64,000 bases of DNA from the human T2T-CHM13v2.0 reference genome, Homo sapiens, in NCBI RefSeq assembly GCF_009914755.1, contig NC_060930.1. One strand, 5' to 3'. Positions 49,383-64,000 of this stretch are shown piece after piece. Each line of letters opens with the position of its first letter. Within the stretch, counting starts at the first letter, position 1. The position numbers were made by a program, and so were the translations under genes. The notes below the pieces were generated by a model. It was not told the DNA's origin. It made no database searches and saw only the letters and a program-made list of their open reading frames with translations.

Positions 49383-51133
49383 AATTTTGTCCTGTTTTAT
49401 ACTTGCTTTATGAAGAGAAGATTTCTCTGACCTCATGCTACCATAGTTGGAAGTTTCCCCTAGATCTGAAGATATATTTTCAATTTATAAATATGTGCTT
49501 TTAAAGATGTGCCTTCTACTTTCCTTCTTCTCTTTCTGCATATGAATATTTATTTAAGAGTATAAACATAGTTTTTTAAAGATCATCTACGGTTTATCTA
49601 CTTTGTGCATGATCCACAGTGACTCCGTTCCTGATATTATTGCCTAGTTAGGTCTCTTAACTCAGACAAAAGAATTCTAACAAAAGTGCATTACAGTTAA
49701 AGACAGGGAGTTTAATATGTATAAATTTATGTGTGTCTATAATTTAAGAGCAAGTAAAATTTATTTGATTTGTGTTATCTGTTATGTCATAATTCACCTT
49801 TTAACTGTCAGAAAACAGCTTTTTCTGCTTCACTTCTACCTGGAAAAGCGTTCTTGGGAAAGTGCACTTGGTGAGGGTACCTTAGGAAAATTTGATACCC
49901 AAATAAAATGTTTTTTAAGCACTGTACAAAAGCCATTTCCTGGTATGTGTACAGCACCATTATCACATTCTCTCACTTCTATAGATAGTGATGATTTTCA
50001 TTTAGGACATTTGAAGCAAATATTAAAAAAAAAGTTCACATTTGCTCAAAGTACCGTCACAAAAGTACTACTTTTTTCATCAATTAAAACTGTAAAAAAT
50101 AAAAAATATGAAAATAAAATACATAAAATATAAAAAATACAAAATGTTGATGAGGTCATGGTACAAATAGTCTCATATATTGCCAGTAGCAGGAGAATTT
50201 GCTTTTAAAAGCATATTTAGGTATGCCAACACATTGGATAAACTAAAATAAATAAATACATTTCTAGAAACATGCAACCTATCAAGACTGAATCATGAAG
50301 AGATAAAAAATACGAATAGAACTATAACTAACAAGATGATTAAATTAGTAATGAAAACCTTCCAGTAAACAAAGCCCAGGACCAGATAGCTTCACTGGAA
50401 AAGTTTACCAAACAATTAAAGGATAATTAACACCACTCCTCAAACTTCCAAACAATGAAAGGGTGGGAATAAACACTTCCAAACTTATTATATGAGCCCA
50501 GCATTACCCTGATACCAAAATCAGACAGAAATACTTTCAGATAAGGAAACTGTAGACCAATATCCTTGATGGATATAGATGCAAAAACCTCAACAAAATC
50601 TTAGCAAACCAAATGTAACAACACATTAAAAGGATTATACATCATGATTAAGTGGGATTTATCTTGAATTAATGCAAGGATAATTCAACATATGAAAATG
50701 AATCAATATGATATACCACATTAACAGAATAAAAGACAAAAACCATATGATTATCTCAGTTGATGCAGAAAAATCATTTGACAAAATCCAACACACTTTC
50801 ATGATAAAAAAACTTAACAAACGGAGAACAGAAGGAAATTACCTCAATATAATAAAGGCCATATATGAAAAGCCTACTGCTAACTTCATACTTGATGGTG
50901 AATAATTGAAACCTTTCCTTCTAAGCTCAGAAACAAGCCAAAAGTGCCCACTCTCACAACTTTTATTCAACCTATTACTGGAAGTCTTAGCGAGATCAAT
51001 TGATTAAGAAAAAATAATAAAGGCATAGAAATTGTAAAGGAAAAAGTAAAACTATCGCTGTTCACAGATAATACGATCTTATAAATAGAAACCCTAAAGA
51101 TTCTGTAAAATAACTGTTAAAAGTAATATACAA

Positions 51134-51444
<311 letters not shown>

Positions 51445-52540
51445 TCAGCAAAGTAGCAGGATATGAAATCAGCATGCAGAAATCAGGTGCGTTTTTGTAC
51501 ACTAACAATGAATAATCAGTAAAGGAATTGAGGAAAACAATCTCATTTATGGTAGCATCAAAAAGAATAAAATACTTATAATAGAACTTAATCAAAGAAG
51601 TGAAAGACGTATATACAGAAAACTACAAAACATTGCTGAAAGAAATTTGAAAAGACATAAATAAATGAAAAATATATTTTGTGTTCATTAATTGAAATAA
51701 TTAATATTGTTAAAATGTTTATACTACCAAAAGTAATCTACAGATTCTGTGCAATTCCTATTGAAATGCCAATGACTTTTTTTTTTTTTTGCAGAAGTAG
51801 AAAAAAATAGTAAAATTCATATGGAATTTTAAAGAACTTTAAGTAGCCAAAACACGTTTACAAAGAAAACAAAGCTACAGGTCTCAAACTTCCTGATTTC
51901 AAAATATATTATAAAGCTACAGTAATAAAAAGTATGGTATTGGCATAAAGACAGATATAAAGACCAATGGAACAGAATAGAGTTCATAAATAAGCCCTTG
52001 GATATATGATCAAATAATCTTCAACAGGGGGATCAAGGTTACACAATGGGAAAAAGTTAGTCTCTTCTACAAATGGTGTTAGGAAAACTGAAATATCCAA
52101 TGCAAAGCATAAAGTTGGACATTTTCCTTACAACATACAAAAATTAACTCAAAATAGATACATGACCTACATGTAAGACATAAAACTATAAAACTCCTAG
52201 AAGAAAACATAGGCAAAAACTTCATGACTTTGGATTTTGCATTGATTTCTTGTATATAAGACCCACAGACAATGTAAGCAAGAATAGATAAATAAGACTA
52301 TATCAAACTTAAAAAGTCTGCACAAGAAAGGAAGAAACCAAGAGAGTGAAAAGACAACATATGGAATGGGAAAAAAATATTTGCAAACAATATATCTGGT
52401 AAGGAGTTAATATTCAGAAAATATAAAGAACTCCTACAACTCAACAACAAAAACCAAGCAATCCAATTTTAAAATAGGCAAAGGACATGAATAAAGATTT
52501 CTCCAAATCAGCTTATAGCTGATCTTTATAAGATGTCCAA

Positions 52541-56614
<4,074 letters not shown>

Positions 56615-57522
56615 AAAGATGTCCAACAAGCAGATGAAAAGATGCTTAACATTATTAATCATCAGAGAAATGCAACTCAAAACTACAGTGAGATATCACT
56701 TCACATCTATTAAAAGGTTACTATCAAACAAATGGTTAATGAGAAGTGTTACAGAGGATATGAAGAAATTGGAATCGCTGTGCACTGTTAGTGAAAATGT
56801 AAAATAGCAGAGCTGCAATGGGAAACAATATGGAGCTTCCTCGAAAAATTAAAAATCATCCTATCGTATGATCAAACAATCTCACTTCTAACTCTATAGC
56901 CAAAAGAATTGAAAACAGGATCTTGAAGTGATCTTTGCACGGCCATGTACATTGCACCATTATTCTGAATATCCAAGAGGTGAAAGCAACCTAATGACAT
57001 CAATGACAGATGAATGGATAAAGTGAATGTGTTATATACATGCAATGGGATACTATTCAGCCTTTAAAAAGTTCTGTTATATGTTACAACATGAATGAAC
57101 CTTCAGGACATTATGATAAGTGATATACGCCAGTCATAAAAAGATAAATAGTGCATAATTCCACTTAAATGAGGTATCTAAAATAGTCAAATTGTTAGAA
57201 ACAGAAAGTAAAGTGGTGGTTGCCAGGGGCTGTTGGTAGGGAGAAAGGGGAAACTGTTTTAACAAATTAAGAATTTTACTTGTGAAAGATAAAAAAGTTC
57301 TAGAGATCTGTTGTATGACAATGTGCATACAGTTCTCACAGTATGTGAGATGATCCAAGAAAGATCTCTTTATGGCACTGGCAGAAAGAGGGAAAGAGTG
57401 TCTATTCTAAAACATACCCAGAGCATTCTTCATGCCAAAGGCCTACTCTCCAGGTGAGAGGAATTTTCTAGAGCACAATTTTGAAATCTTATCCCAGATA
57501 AAGAAGTTTTCCCCATACCTAT

Positions 57523-57741
57523 CCCTGCTTGTCCAACTTGTGACCTGTGGGCCACATACGGCACAGGACGGCTTTGAATGCAGCCCAACACCAATTTATA
57601 AACTTTCTTAAAACATTATGAGATATTTTTGTGATTTTTTTTAGCTCATCAGTTAACATTAGTGTTAGTATATTTTATGTGTGGCTCAAAATAATTCTTC
57701 TTCCAATGTGGCCCAGGGAAGCCAAAAGATTGGACACCCTT
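57523..57741. mobile_element. MER30 (hAT-Charlie) fossil
   Basis: 'gcttgtccaac...caggacggctttgaatgcagcccaaca...ccagggaagccaaaagattggacaccc'. Confidence 0.85.
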
Positions 57742-57744
57742 TGA

Positions 57745-59180
57745 TCTAAGATAAAAAACAAATCTTAAAACAACAACAACAATATCTGATCTGGTGAACA
57801 AGGGGCGTTGCTTCAAGGACATGGATTGGGAACATTGCATCCAGAGAAGAAAGAGGTTGATGTGAGGGAAGCCATAGCACTGGAGGAGGGACAGAAACAC
57901 TTGTGAAGGCCACGGCACTGGGTCACAAGCCCGCTAAAAGACTGAGTCTTTATGAGAAACTTATAGAACTTTCCTCTTCCCCCACACCCTGCAATAACAG
58001 ATAGATAACATAAGCAGAGAGATGGAAATTATAAGAAAGAATCAAAGGGAAATGCAATATATGGCCAAGGAGAAAATAAATAAGCTTGAAGATAGGTTAG
58101 TAGAAACTTCTCAGACTGAAATGCAAGGAGAGGAAATAAGGGAAAAACAAAACAAAACAGAAAAAATAGAACTTTCAGGAACTGTGGGACACTATCAAAA
58201 GGTGCAGCATAAGTACAGCTGTAATATATGAAAGAGAACCAAGCGAGAATGAAACAGAAGAAATATCTGAAGTAAAAATGGCAGAGAACTTTCAGAAATT
58301 AATGACAGATACCAAACCACAGCTAACTGAAAGAACTCCCAATGGTCAAACATACAATAATTTGAGCAAAATGAAGAAATAGTTGACCCAAAATATAAAA
58401 TAAAAATGTCCATGAATCCATACTGATATAAATAAATATTGAATAAATACATCAATGGGAGAGGAGAGATTCCTCTTCCATGCAGGAGAATTTTAAATAA
58501 TGTATGTGGCCACTCCTCTATCAAGGAGGTAGAGCATAATTTCCACCATTTAAGTGTGGGCTGCACATAGTGACTTTCTTCCAATGAGGACAGTATGGAA
58601 AGAAGAAAAAGAGTAACTTCATAGTGGAGACAACTGACAAGCACTTCCTCAGCCAGGTGATCAAAATTATCAACAGTGATAAGTCATGTTGATAGGATGT
58701 ACTCATGGTATGATGTAATGAGAATGGCACTTTACCTCTGTGGCTTCCTTTTCCAAACCTCACAACTTTGGACTAATCAGGACTAAAACATTATACCAAT
58801 TCAAATCAAGGGATATTCTACAAAATATCTTAACCATCACCCCTGAAAACTGTGAAGACAATCAATAGCAAGGAAAGTCTGAAAACCTGTTATAATCTAG
58901 AGAAGCCTAAGGAGACATGAGGCTAAATGTAATGTGGCATCCTGCATGTAATTGTGAAACAGAAAAAGGATATTAGATGAAAACTAAATAAATCTGAACA
59001 ATATGTTGACTTTAGTTAATAAATATCAACACTGGTTCTTTTATTGTGGCGAAAGTACCATACTAACTGAAGATTTTAAAAATAGAGGAACCAGGTACGG
59101 GTTATATGAGAACCCTCTGTACTATCTTTGTTGCCTCCCTATAAATTTAAAATTATTCTAAAACAAAAGTTTATTTTTAA
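57745..59180 (+). mobile_element. L1M ORF1-like piece followed by an L1MC/MD-type 3' end
   Basis: EIIRKNQ...INKLEDRLVE ORF1-like; 3' motif 'aaattattctaaaacaaaagtttattt'. Confidence 0.65.
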
Positions 59181-59311
59181 AAAACCTTGTGAAGTCTCTT
59201 TAATACAATATATAAAAATCAATTGTAGGTGGGCTAATGTCTTAAATGTAAAAGGCAAAACTCTAAAATATTTAGAAGAAAAAAATTATCTAATGACTTA
59301 AGTAAGTAATG

Positions 59312-59617
59312 ATTTCTCTCTCTTTTTTTTTTTTTGAGACGTCCTCTCGCTCTGTCGCCCAGGCTAGCGTTCAGTGGCGCCATCTCGGCTCACTGCAAGC
59401 TCCGCCTCCTGGGTTCACGCCATTCTCCTGCGTCAGCCTCCTGAGTAGCCGGGACTACCGGCACCCACCACCACGCCCGGCTAATTTTTTTGTATTTTTA
59501 GTAGAGACGAGGTTTCACCGTGTTAGCCAGGATGGTCTCGATCGCCTGACCTTGTGATCCGCCTGCCTCGGCCTCCCAAAGTGATGGGATTACAGGCATG
59601 AGCCACCGCGCCCGGCC
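59312..59617 (-). mobile_element. AluY
   Basis: Alu; TSD ttaagtaagtaatg. Confidence 0.95.
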
Positions 59618-60156
59618 TTAAGTAAGTAATGGTTTCTTAAACAGTACACAAAGGTTGTACACCATGAAGCTATGCATATGATAAATTGTATTTTAGAAAA
59701 ACTAAACCTTCTGTTTAGAAATGTTATCATAAAATGTGAAAAGAAAGGCCACAGTTTAGAAAAACAATATTAATAACCAAGGATTAATATGCAATAGATT
59801 AAAGACTTCCTATAAATCAATAAAAGTGAGTTTACTACTCAATATAAAAGTACTCAAAATACATCAAGAGGCATGTCACAAAGAGAAAAGAAAATGGCTA
59901 ATATGTACACAAAGAGATGTCCAATCTCATTAACAACCTGGAAAATTAAAAAAACCACAATGAGATGCCATGCCATACCCACAAAATTGATAAAATTAAA
60001 AATTAGATAATTAAAAAATTTTGATAAGAATATGGAATTATCTGAACTCTACTACTAGTATGAGTGTAAAATGTTGTACAACCATTTAGAGAATTAACCT
60101 GGTAATACCTAGTAAAGCTGAAGATGTGCACTTTCTATAGTCCAGCCATTCCACTT

Positions 60157-60465
60157 TCTTTTTTCTTTTTTTTTTTTTTTTCTGAGATGGAGTCTCGCTC
60201 TGTCCCCCAGGCTGGAGTGCAGTAGCGCAATCTCGGCGCAGTGTAAACTCCGCCTCCTGGGTTCACGCCATTCTCCTGCCTCAGCCTCCCGAGTAGCTGG
60301 GTCTACAGGCACCTACCACCACGCCCGGCTATTTTTTTGTACTTTTAGTAGAGACGGGGTTTCACCGTATTGTCCAGGATGGTCTCGATCTCCTGACTTC
60401 GTGATCTGCCCGCCTCGGCCTCCCAAAGTGCTGGGATTACAGGCGTGAGCCACCACGCCCGGCCC
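60157..60465 (-). mobile_element. AluY
   Basis: Alu; TSD cattccactt. Confidence 0.95.
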
Positions 60466-60501
60466 AGGCATTCCACTTCTAAGTAGAAACCTTAGAGAAT
60501 C

Positions 60502-60917
<416 letters not shown>

Positions 60918-61199
60918 TTAGGAATGTTCATTGAAACATTGGTTGGAATAGCAAAGATTTGCAGATAATCTAAATGTGTGTCTGTATTTGAATGGATAAA
61001 TCATGGTCTATAAGTAGAAAAAATGAACAAACGACACATCAAAACAGATTGATCTCAAAGATAATTTTGAATAATAAAAACCAGTCTCAGAAGACTTTGT
61101 ACAATATGATTCCATTTATAGAACATTGAGAAGCATGTCAAAAGTAAACAGAAGTTTTGTTTGGAGATATATAGACATTATATGTATACTGGAACATTG

Positions 61200-62950
61200 A
61201 GGTAATCAAATGTTATATAAACAAACTTTTTTGTGTTTTCTTTGAGGACTTGTAGCTAAATTTTATAGTTTTTCTCTCTTTTCCAGTTTATAGAATGTTA
61301 GCTTGCATTTTTCATTATGTTGAGTATGCCTGCTTCTAGCAGTACTCCCCCATGTCCCTGTAATTTGCTGCTTTTTATTTTTGGTGGCCTAGGAAACAAG
61401 ATAACTAAACTTGTTAGAATCTTACATAAGACAAGCAGTCTCCAGATTTGGGCCTGGGGAACTCTCCTATGAGAAAATTGCATGACCTTTTGTACATATG
61501 CAATGTAACAGTCATTCATAAAACAAATATTTAGCAATTTCCTATCACATACCAGACACTATTCTGGGTTAAAGAAATGCAGCAAAGGACAGTAAGGCAA
61601 AGTCCCTAAACTTATGTAACTTGCTGTCTAGTGGCATATGTTTGGGCTCTTAACTGTATTTTAAATAGGCAAGCCTGTTTCACAAAGACAATTTGGGTGA
61701 ACAAGGAATTTCTGTACACACAAATACAGGCAATATTCGCATTCCAGTGTGTGTATGTAGAAATATAAAGCCCATAGCCCTGCAGGTGCCAGCTCTATGT
61801 GTATGACTGTAGACGATGAGGAATTGCTCGTAGATCTGATAATGATGCTACATGAAGGTATAATGGTATGGTACTGTTGGACACATTCTATATCCTAGAT
61901 TATGTTTGCTATAGCCTAACCAACCCATGTTTGAAAGTAAAGCAAAACATTTAAACCCTCTTTTTTGGATAGTATTAAGTTTCCTTGCAAGTATACTAAG
62001 TTAATATATATGATCAGTATGCAAAACAGGTGCTATTTCTAAAGCTGACTTGCAAAACTTTAAGAGTGACACCAAGCACTTCAAAATACAAACTGATCAT
62101 CTAGGGGTATAGGGCAATGTGTTAATAAGGTACTGGAAGACTTTCTTCTCTAAACATATTAGTCTTTATTTCTGAAAGGCTTGTTTTCACCTACCTCATC
62201 AGTCTTAAACTCAATAGAAAAAACAAAGAAATAAAATATGTCCATTCATTCAGGATGGTATATTAGAATCTATACTTGTGGTATTTAACTGTCTAATAGC
62301 ATTATCAAGCTATCTGGCACTAAATTCAAAATGCACCTTCACGGATTGTTGTTCTAAATCTGTTATCTGGTTCAGAGACAAGAGCCAATTTGAAATGTCC
62401 ATTTCAGTTGTCATTTGAAAACATCTTTTTCACAATGCTCTGAAGCTAATAGCGGTCCTGAAAGTATTTGAGAATAAGAGGACACTTGACTTTTCTCAGG
62501 GTATGAAAGTGCATGGCCTCTGGACCCATATTCTCATTTCGCTGGGTAAAAATAATGACTAATCAATATGAGGGGCTAGGTGACATCGTAGGTTAATTCA
62601 CTAGGAGTTAGCATCTTGACCTGGGAGTTTACATAAACATCTTGTCTCAAAATGAGTCTAGTGCAGTGGATTGTTTGTGGTGGGTTGGTTTCCCGCTCTC
62701 TCCCTGGTTTAAAACAATACATATTTTAAATAGTTTGATTCAAATCACATGATGATTGTTTCTCCTGAGGAAAATCCCAGCACTGGGTCAGCAGGTGGGT
62801 TACAGATTAGTGATGGCTGGGACGTGCTGACAGCTGTGTGCGAGGGTTGCCCGGCATCTCCTCCACCTCCCTCCACATGGCCACTTGGGGCTTGTCAGTT
62901 ACTCCTGGCCATTGCTGCTGTAATTTAGCTAATTCACTCAAACCGTAGTT
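61200..62950 (-). other. Candidate terminal exon/3'UTR of an unidentified minus-strand gene
   Basis: Acceptor ctctgttttactgttctttcag|AACTACGG at 62950; stops soon after in two frames; about 1.7 kb with no recognisable repeats; AATAAA (minus) at 62165-62170 and 61374-61379. Confidence 0.5.
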
Positions 62951-63743
62951 CTGAAAGAACAGTAAAACAGAGTCATCATCAACATGGAAGGTACATATAA
63001 TGCATAAGACCAGACACATCTACTTTTTTCAAAAAAGGTCTTACATTTTATAGTTCTAAGTGATTAGTTTTATACTGCTTTACAAAGTAAACTCAATGTG
63101 GAGGTCATAATGAATGAATCCCTAGATGTTTACCAAACCCCAAATTAAATTGCATTCTTAATTGTTTTGCAAATACATTGGCTTACCTAATTAAATAGGA
63201 ATGACTCTATGTTGCTACAGAGGATAGAATATTGAAGCCTTTAGGACTCATTTCAAATTAGCTATTCTGCTTGATTAACAAATTTGGCCCATTCAGGTTT
63301 TTTGGTACTGTGAAATAATGTCATGCTATAAGAAACCACTGAAACAAATGTTTTTAATGCAAAACATTATTATTTTGGAGAGTTATAAATAAAATATATT
63401 TACTTAATTTATTTGAATAAAGAAATAAGATATGTTTACTGAATTTATTTGGAATTTCAAATTTTTCAACGTTTAAAATCACACTTTTTAATCTTATACA
63501 TTTTGAAGAAATAAGTAAACAGAAGTTTAAAAAAGCATAGTTACGGGGGCCTTGCTATGTGGCCCAGGTTGGTCTCAAAAGAAAGTTTTAAAATTACCTT
63601 TCTACATAGAAAAATAAGAAAAATTGATTCATTTATATCTAAGTACCATAATAGCAGTAATATCAACAGAAGCACACAAAAAGTTTATATTTTAAAATCT
63701 TGATAATCTTAAAGTTTTCTAAAATATTTGGACATACATATAA

Positions 63744-64000
<257 letters not shown>

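Noticed and set aside
62807-63019. 70-aa ORF as a standalone gene, or assigning a gene name
   Set aside because: Its N-terminal part is the intron-like pyrimidine tract; I could not match any reading frame to a known protein with confidence.

Overview
Primate genomic DNA, very probably human: it carries an AluYa5 with its diagnostic bases and a likely AluYk11/12-type copy. The window is AT-rich, CpG-depleted and repeat-dense, with no CpG island and no intact protein-coding gene. It holds about 27 Alus, two large old L1MA-type elements in opposite orientation (near-full-length at 10.8-19.2 kb, -; about 4 kb at 52.5-56.6 kb, +, nested in an older L1), other old L1M pieces, MaLR LTRs (MLT1/MST/THE1), DNA-transposon fossils (Tigger3a, Tigger2-like, MER30) and MIR/L2/L3 relics. 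The one clearly gene-derived feature is a processed pseudogene of TRIP4/ASC-1 (about 41.7-43.85 kb, +). It lacks about 150 nt near its 5' end, possibly recording a rare splice isoform. Repeat-free stretches at about 61.2-63.0 kb and 35.4-36.7 kb begin at good minus-strand acceptors followed by short ORF ends, suggesting alternative terminal exons of an unidentified gene beyond the right edge; this is inference. Repeat subfamily names and TRIP4 comparisons are from memory, not database searches. Most track ORFs are repeat-derived noise. I found no convincing new biological system; the findings mainly concern retrocopy history, nested insertions and candidate exons.
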